Assembly: GCA_012295275.1 (NCBI GenBank)
Contig: CM022665.1
Coordinates: forward strand, 14,570,001 to 14,634,000
Source of the DNA: Chrysomallon squamiferum
Lineage: Eukaryota; Animalia; Mollusca
Direction: 5' to 3'
DNA length: 64,000 bases
The position numbers and the translations under genes were made by a program. Shown piece after piece: positions 1 through 14,507 of the stretch. The notes under the pieces were generated by a model. It did not search any database. It worked only from the letters and a program-made list of their open reading frames with translations, and was not told the DNA's origin. Within the stretch, counting starts at the first letter, position 1, and each line of letters begins with the position of its first letter.

Positions 1-66
1 TCAAACGCGAAATACAACCAGGTATGGTCACTTTTATTTATTTATTCATCACCATCATCGTCATCG

Positions 67-110
<44 letters not shown>

Positions 111-2061
111 TTATTTTATTTTATTTTATTTTATTTTATTTTTTGTACGCAATCACTCTCCTAAAATATAGAAATAATTAGAATTTACACCAGGAATTCG
201 AATGTAAAGCAAACATCTTTTAAAAAACGTAATTAAATTAATTTATTTATTTTAAAAAATGTATTTATTTATTTATTTATTGTGAGTAACATGATGAGTC
301 TGTAACGATATAGTGATTCAATTTAATATTTTATTATTAATAATATACACGTATCCTTTTTATTTACTACTGCTGGTGCTGTGCCGCTACTAATGCTAGA
401 ACTCTATAACTGCTACTACTGTTACCACTACTTCAACTGCTACAATCTTATTTCTACTATTACTATTATTACTAAAGATAATAATTTTTATAAAGTAAAA
501 TGTTTAGTTTTGGAGGTGGTGGAAGGTTTTGGTTGTTGGGAATTTGTTACATATCATAAAGGGCTCGCATAATCCCAAAACGTATCAAACATAAACAAAG
601 GTTTTAAGCCTTCTTTAGATATTCTCAGAATCTACTGAATGTCTTTATTTTTTTTATTTATCTATTATTTAGGATAGGATAGGAAAAAAATTAACGTGCT
701 AATCAGAGCAAGCTGTTGTGAAGCACGTCCTCTATTATTTTTATTACAGTTTTATTTATAGTCCACCCCTTCACCGTTATTTTCTAAATGAGGGAGAATA
801 CTTTGGGGCCGCCCCATAAACAAAATAACAACAAAACAAAACAACCCCCCCCCAAACGACTTAAATTTTAGATAAAATGTTGTTTGATATATATATATAT
901 ATATGTATGTATCTGTGGAGTGGCACGCTATTCGTCCAAATAAGGAAAATGCAAGGGTGTGTGCATTCAACTCCGTAATCCTAAAAAAAGACGTGGTTTT
1001 GAAGATCAAAGTATATAGCATGTTTACATTATGATATATGTGATTAAATTACAGTGTTTGGCAATTAGTTTCTTTTAATATTCTATTTTTAATGATTTTT
1101 TTTTTTTTTTCTGCCGACGATGTGAAGTAAAATTCGCCGGAAACGAGGACATAAACAATGGGTCAACTTAATTGGCGTGTAGCACAAAACCAAGCGAAAA
1201 TAATAATCAAAATAAAATGTTTGCTTCTAGTATAATAAAGAAAGAGCCAGAAATTAATTGTGTAATTATTTTTGATGCAATCACGTTTATACAGTGAAGT
1301 AGTTAAAAATCATTGTTGTTCGCTACCACTGTTGTCCAACACGAGCACGAACTTTGTACCTCATTATCGTTTCTTTGTTTCTTTACATCTACACGGCTTT
1401 TATTTCCACGATTTACATTCAAACATATTTTAAATAAAATGGCAAAACCTAATAAGATTGACAAGCTACATTTCTAGCAGATGTATACAAAGTTTCATTT
1501 TTAAATTTTGCGTCCAATTGAAACTTGTCTGTTGGATATATATACACTGGAGACTTCCATAGGAAGTGACGAAATGACCTTTTACCTTTTCCAACAAAGG
1601 ATAGAGGCTATAATTGTGACCTGGATGATATTTATGGTCCAACATCCGCACGAAACGCAACGTGATTTGAACTTCCACTAATTGCTATTTTTATGATCTG
1701 TGTGCAACTAGATTCGATAATTGACAAAATCAGGTAAGCAAAATACACTCTTTTTTATTTCTGATATGTTTTTAGTTAAAGTTATAAGATGATACATCAC
1801 AATTTAGCATTTTTTGCTAATTTTTGGGTGACAAAACAAAATAGGCTTCCAGATTTGCATTATCATCAAAAATCGAACTGTTTGCATATGTAACTTCTGC
1901 AAATGTAATCCTTGACCTTTCAAGAAACGTTTGATTTTGTTCTGTTTTTACAAAGCAATTATCCTCATTGTCTGTATCTATGTCAGATTCTTCATCATTC
2001 TGCGTATAAATGGTCCGTGTCTGGAATCTGTACCGTTTGTTTTTCTTCTCTGAAAGATATT

Positions 2062-2254
2062 CATATTTAGAGTTACCGCCCTTGAATGAGAGACGTTCAC
2101 TGATCTATTTAGAGTTACCGCCCTTGTCTGAAGATGTCACTGATATATTTAGAGTTACCGCCCTTGTGTGATAGATGTTAACTGACATATTTAGACTTAC
2201 CGCCCTTGTGTGATAGATGTTCACTGACATATTTAGACTTACTGCCCTTGTGTG
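2062..2254. repeat. 40-42-bp tandem repeat, ~5 copies
   Basis: ATATTTAGA(G/C)TTACCGCCCTTG...GATGTTCACTG. Confidence 0.92.
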
Positions 2255-3336
2255 AGTATATACCTTTATTCATCATCTATTTTGTGCAGATGAGAAGTAT
2301 GAACCAGACATGTCTTGGTAATTTCTTCAAAAATATTGTAATATGAAAAACAAAGCAATGGACTGTTGAAATGTCAAAAAACTGTACAAAGGCTATATTT
2401 TTAATGATGTGCATTGTGCAGTGAGGGAAAACTTTTATCAATCTTTTGCTTTTAACAAATGTAAAACTATAACAGGCTAAAATTCCATAAAGTATTAAAG
2501 TTCTAGATGGGTAGTGACTTTGACAGTGATAGGAATAATGTGTCATAAGAAAACTTTGGCTATTTAACACACTTGTACACCCTATCACTCATACTGTCAC
2601 AGCCTTGAGCAGCCATGCTTACTTCGAACAAGTTTACAATGTGTATAAAATCTTCTTCCACGCAACCAGCTATTTCTTACTGGATATCTTTTGTATCATC
2701 ACAAATATCTACCTAGATCCTGGAATTTCATGGGGTACACCTAAGTATGTCTCCAGGCAACACTCTTTGAATTAAAAAATAATAATAATAAAATAGTCCA
2801 ATGATGTGAAATGTATGAAATTTTTGCAGTTATGGTGGGTCCCATGTTGTAATGCAAAAGTAGAAATGTCGATTTAGCAATGCCCCCATATGAATTACTG
2901 CATACAGGCCTGGTGTGTGTGAATGTATGTATGGATATATGTATGTATGTTTATTATTGTTATTATTATTATTATTATTAACAACTCATGGTTTCAGTTA
3001 GTTTTAACCAGTGATCCATTTACCAGACTGTCTCAGAATGAACAATCATTCACATCTTTAAAACAACTCTGGATCTTCAAGATTTTTAAATTGATAGATA
3101 TAAAAGAAAGGACAATGACACACTTAAGTTTTTAAGTAGGCTTGCTGTTATTGCCATACTTTATTATTATCAAAGGCTGGTTGCCACTTAATCAATTATA
3201 AATGATACAATCATTTTGAAACATACAAAATAATTTAAGCCATTAGTTTCTATCACCAGATGTTCACTTGAGTGACTCATACTAAATTTGCACACTGATT
3301 AGCAGTTAATATTATTTACAAAATGTCTGAATAGTA

Positions 3337-3385
<49 letters not shown>

Positions 3386-3515
3386 TTATTTTATTTATAA
3401 AATTTTAACAGCAAAAATCTATCTAGTATTATAAATATAACACTATCTATGCATTATTATCTAAACAGTATTATTTATACAATATTGTTTATTCAATATT
3501 ATTATTAAAATTTGG

Positions 3516-3830
3516 TTATCTGTTATTATCCCAAACTGACTTATTATTATCCAAATCTGATTTATTTTTCATATCTGTTTTTTTATTATCCAAATCTGAT
3601 TCATTATTATCCTGATCTGATGTATCATCAAAATCAGATTGTTTACTGTCTTTATTATTTTCCACAATTGGTTGGATGTTATATGTACCATGAAATGGAA
3701 AATGTCTTTTAATAATTCCATCAATTTCCAAAAAATCTTGTCTTTCTGTTCCTAACTGTTCTGTTGCTTTACTTGTATTTGTAGTTGCTTTTTCTATCTC
3801 TCCAGTAAAACGTTTTCTGTATCTCCTAAT
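3516..3830 (-). CDS. GPCR-B terminal exon (104-aa tail with DNNKSDL-like repeats)
   Basis: TTTTTTCAG|IRRYRKRF...VWDNNR*, phase 0. Confidence 0.78.
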   Translation of the reverse strand: MRRYRKRFTGEIEKATTNTSKATEQLGTERQDFLEIDGIIKRHFPFHGTYNIQPIVENNKDSKQSDFDDTSDQDNNESDLDNKKTDMKNKSDLDNNKSVWDNNR

Positions 3831-6800
3831 CTGAAAAAATAACAATAATAATTGTTTTTTTTTCTACCTTTATGCTAGAAAATATAAAATGCAAAATCCA
3901 CAAAGCAATGAGAGGAGGGATTTATCTTTGTAGAAATAAAACTACAAAAATCTTCAAAACACTGTCTGGTTATCTTAATTATCTTGCAATGCTCTATAAT
4001 ATAAAACATTTTAGCATGTGATTTCGCACATTTGGAGTAATGCAGTTGACTCTGGTTTTGCACATGAAACATCATTATTATAATTATTGATTTGTCATCT
4101 TTAATATGTACAACTTTTTAGCAGACTAATATCTATCATTATTAAATTTCATTTATAGTCAGATATAAAATATCCACGCAATAGTTATTGGTTAGGAATC
4201 TTTTAAAGTCTATGGAATATTTATTGGAAATAGATCTTGTTAAATCTATAGAATACTTATTGGAAATTAGATTTTTTAAGGTATATGGAATATATATTGG
4301 TGTGGAATCATTTAAAGTTTATGGAAATTTTAAAAACCAACACATATCTATTTTTTTCAGCATTATGTCCCTTATGAGCATCAGTTAAAATTAATTTTCT
4401 AATTTATTATTTACATACTTTGTTTAAAACAAAAAATACTCTTTTGTTGTGGTCATACCTTTGGCAACATTGTAAAACACTGAAGGACAAAGGTTCCTAT
4501 GATAATAATTGCACAAGACAAAGTGTATCTCAGATTAGTATGCTTCTGCAGAGAGATGTTCAGAATCACTTCAAGAATAACAAGGACAATGACATTGTAG
4601 ATGCTGAAACCAATTGTTTCTGCATTCCTCAATCCTTTCATCCTTACCTAAAAAAAAAAAAAAAGAAGAAAAGAAAAAACAAAGAAAAGAAAAAGAAGAA
4701 AAAGAAAAAAAAGAAAAAATGGAAATAAAAGAATAAAAGAATAACAATATAGAAAATAATAAAATAATAATAATAATAATAATAATAATAATCAAACAGC
4801 TCACACTTAGTTAACTAACAACAAATGATTAAGAACATAACCACAGATATCAATATTAGTAGTTATTAGAGATATCAGTCATACATCTTACATAATAATA
4901 TGGGAGAGAAAAATCTGTGAGCTATTTTTATTAACAGCAGGGAACATTTTAATTCACCTTTCCATTTTTCTCCTCTTTCTGAGATGTCATTTCATAGATG
5001 ATCCAAATAAATTCATGCTATACATTGCTCTTTGTGTCCACTCTGTGAACTAGTTTGGTAATGAATGAAATTTGTACATGTGTTTTTATCTATGCTAAAA
5101 TGTTTGGTTGTTCAACATCTCTGGCCTCCTTAATCAAAAAGTCCCCAGACATCTGTTATTATGACCTAATTATTGGATGGTTTAAATTGATACATTATGA
5201 AGAAGTAGCTGGAAGGAGTACTGACAACAAAAATCAACAAAGAAAAAAAAAAAGAAAAAAAAGACCCCCAAAAACTTTTTAGGTGTTATGACATAACAGG
5301 ACACACGTTTGTGACCCATTCCAGTGAAAGGTATGTAAGGTGATATTTTTTACTTATAGTTATTTAGAATATATAAAATAAAAACTTTAAAATGGTATTG
5401 GACTCATTCAATTGTGATCACTCAAAAGGAAGTTATTTTTAAATAATTATGTTTTAAGTAGTTTTGCACTGCTAAAAGTTAGAAAAAAAAAAAAATGATT
5501 AACTAATTAATTGTTAAAATGACCATAAAAACTCAAAATAAAATATCCTTCAAAAAAAAAAAAAAAAAAAAAATGTGTGTATATATATATATATATATTA
5601 TTATTATTATTATTATTATTTATAATAATAATAATAATCACTGTCACTTGTGCTAAATCATCTAGCAGTAATCACTATTAGCAGCTTTAGGTCCATTTCA
5701 TTGAAGTGAGTCACATATAAAAGTGGGTGTAATGATTTTAAAAGTTTTTGTCCTGAACTAACTGTATTTTTAATATTAACATTAAAAAAATAACTGGATT
5801 TATAAAATTTGTATTTCGTCTAAAATCTTAACAGTCTATTCTTGAATAATGTGTAAAAGTAGCATACATACATGTCTAGTCTGCACTGCAAGAAACAGCC
5901 CCAGCAGGAGAAGACTACTCTGAATTATAGCAAACACAGTCAGGAAATACTTCTCTTTAGGAGATGAACATTTCAGTATTAAATTAAGCTTTTCATACTT
6001 AACCTTCCACCACACTTTTGATATAGATGGTTTCTAGAAAAAAAAATAAAAAAAAAATTAAAAATAATTATAATTATAAACCTAATCAGTGTATAAATAC
6101 ATTTATTAAATAAAATGTTGATGTAGCATCAAGTTGCTATGTTAAGCATGTGATTATATTTAACAATGCTTTTATTTTTTTGATATATTTTTATTTTATT
6201 TACCTATTTTAATTATTGATTTTGTTATTTTTTGTATTAATGCACTTATATTTGCTTATTTATTTTCATTTATTTATCACTTTTATTATTTTTTATATAT
6301 ATATATATATATTTTTATTTGTTTATTCACTTGACAGTTTCATAGTTTCTCAGTTCAGTACTAACTACTGCATTCTATAATAATGTTCACAATTAATGTA
6401 ATGACTGGTATATATTAAACTGTAATTAAGAGTTAGACACAAAACAAATTTAATAAACAAAAACTTAAGTGTGATAAGTGACTTCTCAAAACCTCTTTAC
6501 TCCCAGTACAGGTAAACTAAACAAGAACAGCCCAGTGATAAAAAAAAAAACATTTTTGTATTATGTAGACCAAGAAAAAAATATATTACATTTATATATC
6601 CCAATGTACATACCACTGTAAACAACAGCATTTTGTAACATTTCACTAAGACTTTTATTAATGCTAAATTCACTTCTTTTTTTTGTTACTTCAGAAACGT
6701 AGTTATGGACACTAATCATGGATAAGAGAAAAATGGGTACAAAAGCTTACAAAAACAATTTTAACATATTCATGATAAATTAGAATTAGGAATTTGTGAA

Positions 6801-7932
6801 GAATATGGAACCAAGCTAGATTACTGACTGCAGACATTAAGAATAATAATCACCATGTAACAAGTCAATGCCACGTGACGTCTTACCTTGTCAGAATAAT
6901 GTGTAGTTGCAACATTGACTGATTGCGCCTGTAATGGGTCGGTGGCAGACCAAATGATGAAGACAACCATGTTGACAAAGAACAATATGAGGACACTAAA
7001 AATCAGATGGCTGTCTTTGATTTTCTTCAGACACCACAGTGGAAGCACGGGTAATAGAAAAACATACGCAAACACAATGAATTTCTACTAAAACAATAGT
7101 AAAATGCAGGCAACACAGATTGAAATAAAGATATTGGAAAAATATACACAACACAGATTAAATGTCCCTTGAAACAAAGGTGACAGTAAAAGAGCACAGA
7201 TTATGTTCTTCATTATCATCCCTATTTTTTAGAAACCAGTTTAATACACCTTTTTTCTCCCCTGTCAGTGTTTTAGTTACTCAAACTGTATATCATATCT
7301 GAAAAGCAGTTCTTTACTCTACTTTCCTTTGTGAATTTAAAACACTTAGATGACACACAGGGTGACACTTGTTCTAAGTTTCTCCAACTGGTTCATGAAA
7401 ATGGGAACAGTAAGCAGTATGCAGTGACTGTGTATATTTGCAGGGGGGGTGCAAGAGATATGAATGCACCCCCTACTCTTGTCTGGGGATGTGTAAAAAA
7501 ACAACAAAAAAACCCATAAAAAATAGTCTGATAAAGTAAAATTTACCTCCCAGAATGCAGGAAAATGCCTCTCCTGCATTCTAGATTTGAAAAATTGTTT
7601 GGAGGCAGCATGCAAAAAGAAATACTCACTATTCGTTTTTTGGTCCCTGTAGTAAATATTTTGTATACACGCCACTGTATGGCAAACAGTGGCCCAAAAG
7701 TGAGTGAAAACCCAGCAATGATCAAAAATGCTTTTAGCTGTAATATCAAACAGTGTTATTAAAATAGCTTACTCATTATTAATACAATAAATTAATTAAA
7801 ATTAAATTTCATTATTGACATCAGATCTGTTCTCTGTATTGTTTTTCTGTCCCTCTCTTCTTGTTTTCATCTCTGAGTTGCTCTGTTGATCTTTCTCTCA
7901 TTCTATTCATTTCTCTCTCCTTCAGTATGCTG

Positions 7933-7965
<33 letters not shown>

Positions 7966-8779
7966 TACACACAGATATACACATGCACACATACAAACAT
8001 ACATACATCAACACATTATATGTATGTGTATGTGTATGTATATATGTATATATACATAATACACACATAAATGAACACCTGTATAAACAAACTCATAGAT
8101 GTGGTTTGATATGTACATATGGGTTGGTGAGTGAGAGAAACAGACACAGGGATGAGAAATGTATTGGACTGCTGCACCAGTCAGTTTGAAAAGCAGACAA
8201 AGAAAAAGATTTTCACTGACCTGACATTTAAAACTATCTAACTCTGTATAAGGATTTTCCACAAACACTGAACTATAGAGGAGAAGACAACCAAATAATG
8301 TTATTAAGTTGAGTCGAGGTGATGAAATCTTGATCATTCTACAAGAAGATTGGTTATTATTTTAGAACATGTTTTATGTTGTATTTTTGTGTGATGTATC
8401 AATTTATGTATGCGTGTATTTATGTATACATATGATGGAATATTGATCAGTTATATTTATATGTTTTTTTGTTGTTGTTTTTGTTTGTTGCTTTTTTTCT
8501 TTTTCTTTTCAAGAACAACAGTAAATTTTGGTATTTCATCTGCTGCTACCATTAGCTCATTTGAAATATTTTTTTCTAGGTACTCACCTCTCATTTCTAT
8601 ATTTTATACTGAACACAATGAGATATAATGTCAGTAAGATGCCCAGGGAAGCAACACAAGAGATGATAATATAGTTTACTGTTGATATCAGCAAATATTT
8701 TACAAGTACAGGAATAGAATCACCTGGTACTTTCCCATCTGAAAAAATTACATATATGAACAGATAGTTGTTGTATAAA

Positions 8780-8841
<62 letters not shown>

Positions 8842-9674
8842 GAGAGAGATTAGTTATAGCCTATGCTTTTAATCACATATTAATAATTTGATCAGGAACT
8901 AATAATAAAGATATAATTTACGCACCTGTCCATATAAAAGAGTCCATATATTTGGAATGCCAGTGTATTATAGGAAGTGCTGATGATCGAAAATCAATTG
9001 TTCCAATCATATGTGTCTCATTATCTTTTAAGTAAATATTAAAATTAAACCATAAAATTTGTAGATGTAGTTTTGAGATAATTATTTGTGAATGTGTGTA
9101 GTTTTACTTTAGATACATATACACATACATATATATATATAAATACACACATACATACATATCCATGTATATGTGTGTGTGGGGTGTGTGTGTGTGTGTT
9201 GTGATATTTATAATAAGTACATATGATATTTATTAAAGATACATGTACTATACATAAATGTTCAATCTCTAAAACAGCCATTTCCATTAAAACCAAAGAA
9301 ATTATTAACACATACATTTTAATCTATGGTTAAAACATTTGAGACAGATAAAGAGAGAGGAAACCAGCTGTCCTAATGCAGTGGATTGTTTCTTTTTTAT
9401 TATCATCTCTTTTGGTAAACCATTTAATGACAGAAGTGAGGAGAAGTGGTTGTTCCAACCAGCAACTATTCTATCAAAACCTACATTGGATGATACTGTC
9501 TTCTTTACAGAAAGATACAGAATTATAATTGCCAAAAAAAAAATCCATAGGAAGAGTCACAGCAAGTTTCCTCCTTTGATATGGTCATTACACTAAAACC
9601 ACTTTTTTTTACTTTTTTTTTTACATTAATAAAGAATAGTAGCTTTAGTATAATTATGTATGGATTACATATAC

Positions 9675-9726
<52 letters not shown>

Positions 9727-12700
9727 TTGCTATTAAAGAAGCTTTTACCTTTTATAACGAGAATTGAGTAATTGCTGTAAACTTTTGTCTGTTTTTCAAA
9801 GTTGATTTTGCCAGTCGCACCATGAAATTTCAAGGTCTTGGTGTTATTGAACATTAACTCACCTATAAAGTTGTTGTCATAAGTGAAAGTATCAATTGAC
9901 TTGTTAATACCTGTTTAAAAAGAAAGGATTACAACTGTGTTTATCTTATTAATGTGTAGTTTGGTGTAGTGTAGTGTGATGTTTTATGGTATCATTTAGT
10001 TGTTTGGTGTGCTGTTGTGGTATGTTGTATGGTGTGCTGTTGTGGTATGTTGTATGGTGTAGTGTAGTGTGGCATGTTGTGTTGTAGTGTACTGTTGTGT
10101 GGTGTAGTTTGGTGGTGTGCTGTGTTGTGGTATGGTGTGTTGTGTTGTGTAGGGTAGGATGTGGTGTTGTGATACGTAGTTTGGAGTGCTGTAGTGTACT
10201 GCAGCTTGGTGCATTCTGGTGTGGTATAGTGAGTATAGTGAGTATTGTAGTATAGTGTGGTGTGGTGTGTTGTGTTATGGTATAGTGTAGTATAGTGTGG
10301 TGTGGTGTGTTGTGATGTAGTGTATTATAGAGTGGTGTGCTGCATTGTAGTGTAGTGTAATATAGTGTAGTGTGGTGTTTTGTGTTGTGGTGTACTGTAG
10401 TGTGGTGTGTTATGGTATAGTGTGGTGTAGTGTAGTATGGTGTGTTGTAGTGTAGTGTAAGTGTGGTGTGTTGTGGTGTAGTGTAGTAGTGTGGTGTGTT
10501 GTGTTCTGGTATACTGTAGTGTGGTGTGTTATGTTATAGTGTACTGCAGTGTGGTGTGTTATGTTATAGTGTTCTGTAGTGTAGTGTATTGTGGTGTAGT
10601 GTAGTATCGTGTGGTGTGGTGTAGTGTGGTTTGTTGTGGTGTGGTGTAGTGTAGTGTGGTGTAGTGTAGTGTTGTGTAGTATAGCATGGTGTGTGGTGTG
10701 TTGTGGTGTAGTGTAGCATGGTGTGTTGTGTAGTATAGCATGGTGTGTTGTGGTGTAGTGTAGCATGGTGTGTTGTGGTGTAATGTGGTGTGGTGTGATG
10801 TAGTGCAGTGTGGTATAGTGTGTTGTGGTGTAATAAAATGTGGAATAGCATTGTATAGTTAAGTGTAGTGTAGAATAGAGAAAAATGGTGTAGAGAAATT
10901 CAGTGTTGTGTTTATTGTATAGTGTAATGTAGTGCAGTTGTGTAATGTAATACCTTATATTTTATAGTGTATAGTGGAGTGGTGCATTACAGTCTAGTGT
11001 GATCAGTGTATGTAGTGTCATGTAATGCAGAGAAGTAATGAAGTGTTATAGTATAACGTAATGAAGTGCAGTCTGTGTAGTGTAGCTTAATGTTGTGTAG
11101 TAATGGTATATTATAGTGTGGTGTAATGCAGAGCAGTAATGTACTGAAGTGAAGTGTGATGTAGCATAGTGTAGCATAGTATAGTGGAGGTTTGGTGTAG
11201 CATTCTGTGAAGTGATGTGGTGTTATGTAATTTAATGTAATGCCGTGTACTATTGAGTACTACAGTATAATATAGTGTAGTATAATGTGATGTGGAATGG
11301 TGTAGTGTAATGTAATGTAATGCAGTGTTGGTGGAGTATAATGGGATTAAGTGTAGTATAGTGGAGTGTTAATGTGGTGCAGTGTAGTATAGTACGGTAC
11401 TGTGAAGTGTAAAATGGTGTGCTATTTCACTGATCTCTGTAAACTAGTTAATATGAACAGATTATAAATTACACTATATCTGTTACATAGCACTACACCA
11501 TTCACACAGTATATGAGCATGATACATTTTAAATAAGAAGTAGGTAATGAATAAAGTAGACAAAAATTTATGAATTTAATAAAAACAAACAAATAAATAA
11601 GCAATGAAAATCATGCATGCAGATGAAGGAACTGAAGAAAAAAAAAAAAAATCAACAAAACAACAACCACAAACAAACAAAGAGACCAAGTCAAAACCCC
11701 AGAAAAAAAACCCAAACAAAAACAAAACAAACAAAATACTGCACCTAATATTTTCAGATCGTTAATTGTCTTGTTCACCACTAAAGCTGCAGCCCACACA
11801 CTGTCATAGGCATATGTTCCATAAGTCCAGTCCACCACGGAGCTAATTTGTTTTATATCCTTTCTAATAATACTGGAGAGATAACCTGACACTGTTGGTA
11901 CAGGTGTCTTTGAGAAATAGTCCTTGAAGTAAAAGGCTCCCTGGATGACCTGAAGAATCTGGTCTTGATTGCAACTACCGTAATTATCAATTTTCTCCCA
12001 CCATCTGAGAGTGTACCAGCCATTTAAAATCCACACAATGTGTGGTCCATAATAGCGCCTTTTGTAAGCCTGTGTTAATTATAATTGTTGTAAAGAGAAC
12101 TGTGACACACATCATCTTGATTATTTTATCTATGTTGTCATCATAATCACATTATCCAAATTAATTTTTAGAGTCAGACAGATGGCAAGACAGACACAAT
12201 TGTTGGTGGGTATGTATATAATATATGCAGATTAACAAAGAGTTATTCACAAACACATACAGACAGACATAGATTGGTTGACTGGACTGATTGATTTCTA
12301 ATGTAAAAATTAATATATTTTTAAGGCCATTTGGTTAGGCCATAGTCACACATATACAGTATAGAATGACTGAAAAAAAAAAAAAAAAAAAAGGAAAATA
12401 AAATGAATTTTTTTTTTTAAATTAAAAGAAATCTTGGGAAGCATCATAAAATAATATAAATTTTTTAATGTACCTCACAAAAAAAATTTCGAGCAATATC
12501 TTCATATAATTCAACAATTATAATTCTGCAGTCTGTGTTCTAAATGAAATAGAAACATACTTATATACTAAACAATGTTATAATGCTAAACATATATATG
12601 TACTTATACATATACTAAACATATTCTTAAACACATTTAAATGTGGATTGTAATTCACTTGATGTTGTTGTAGGTGTTTATATTATTATTTTTTATCCTC

Positions 12701-12730
12701 CTTATAATCATCATTATTAATATTATGTTA

Positions 12731-12800
<70 letters not shown>

Positions 12801-12917
12801 GCAGGTTTTGTTGTTGCTGTTGTGGTTATTACTAGATATTTTAGTCAGTTACTGGTTTACTATAAATAACAGGTCTTTGTAAATAATAAACTGACAGGTA
12901 AATTATAAATAAAAAGA

Positions 12918-12951
<34 letters not shown>

Positions 12952-14250
12952 TACCTTTAACAGTTGAATGTTATGAGCTAAATTGTCAGAGATTATTGCT
13001 GTTTTTTTCATTTCTATACCAGCTTCCTTTGTCATTTTCTCAAATTCTTTTAATGTCTGTAATAATAATAATAAGAAGAAGAAGAAGAAGAAGAAAAGAA
13101 TAATGATAATAATAATAATAAGAAGAACAACAACAACAACAACAAAAGATGAAGCACATATTAAAAATCCTTATCCAAAGCACTTAGGACTTTAAGTGTT
13201 TTGGATTTTGGAATATAAGCTTGTACAGATAGTCTGCAGGTATTTTCATGTAATTGTTGTATAATTTAGTGCTTGAAATAAAATGTAGCATTGTGTAGTA
13301 TGTTGCTGCACAGTGTTGTATTTGTGTAGTGTAGTGAAGTAGAGGAGGACCATGTGGTGAAGGATAGTGTATTGTAGAGAGGGGTAATACAGTATATTAT
13401 AGTATTTTGTGGTGTAGTGTCATATAATGTTGTATTGTATGTTTTAGTGGAATGCAGTGTAGTGTAATGTAGTACAGTGTATGAAGAAGTGTGGCATAGT
13501 GCAGTGCAGAGTGATCTAATGTAGCACAGAATGTTATAGTTTAGTGTAGTATAGGTAGTGTAGTGCAATGTAATGCAGTGTTGTGAAATGTAGTGCAGTA
13601 CAGTGTTGTATAGTGTGATATAGTGCAATGTAGTATAGTGTAGTAAAGTGTAACATGGTGTAGTGTGATGTGTAGTGTGACAGTGTCTTTAAGTGCAGTA
13701 CAACTGAGTGTAGTGCAGTGTGATGTATCATGATGTAATGTATCATAGTACAAAGCAGTAAAGTTTAATGTAATGTAAAGTGATGCAGCTTAGTCTAGTT
13801 TAATGAAGTGTAGTATAGTGCAGACTACTGAAGTGTAATGCAGTATACTGCAGTGTTGTGCAGAATATTGTCATGAAGTACACCACAGTACAGAGTAGCT
13901 CACTGTAGTAGTATAATGTATCATGAAGTGGTGTAGTATATAAGGTAGTATGAAAAAGTGTAGTGTAATGTAATATGAAGTACTGTATAGGGTAATTTAG
14001 TGTGATATAATGTAATATAGAGTACTCTATTGTTTTATAGTGATGTTTAATGCAAGCATAGATATATATATTGTGTAGGATAGTATGTTTTATGTGGTAT
14101 AGTGCACACCATAGTGTGGTATAGAGTGGTCTAGACTAGTACAGTGTAATATAGTATCTAGTGCATAAATGTAATGTAACAATATTATGTAGTGTACCTA
14201 AGTGTTGTGCATTGCAGTGTATTTATCTTTTAAAGGCAAAACAGCATAGC

Positions 14251-14293
<43 letters not shown>

Positions 14294-14446
14294 TCAATAC
14301 CAATAATAATAATAATGAATGAATGTAAGAAGAAGAAAAGAATAGTTTGTTATTCATAAGAATTCCAACATGCGTGATCAAAAAAGAATGTTTCAGAAAA
14401 TTAACTGCAAATATTTGCAAAATAAATAAATAAATAAAAAGTGTAC

Positions 14447-14507
<61 letters not shown>

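Noticed and set aside
2277-2766. 103-aa minus-strand ORF and adjacent coding-looking sequence
   Set aside because: No recognisable domain, frames are interrupted by stops, and no consistent splice path was found.
9339-9596. 85-aa plus-strand ORF in GPCR-B intron 7
   Set aside because: Starts in a SINE-like fragment (GAGAGGAAACC), has no ATG start or recognisable domain.
9996-10851. His/Thr/Tyr-rich ORFs resembling histidine-rich proteins
   Set aside because: Translations of a pentanucleotide satellite inside a GPCR-B intron.
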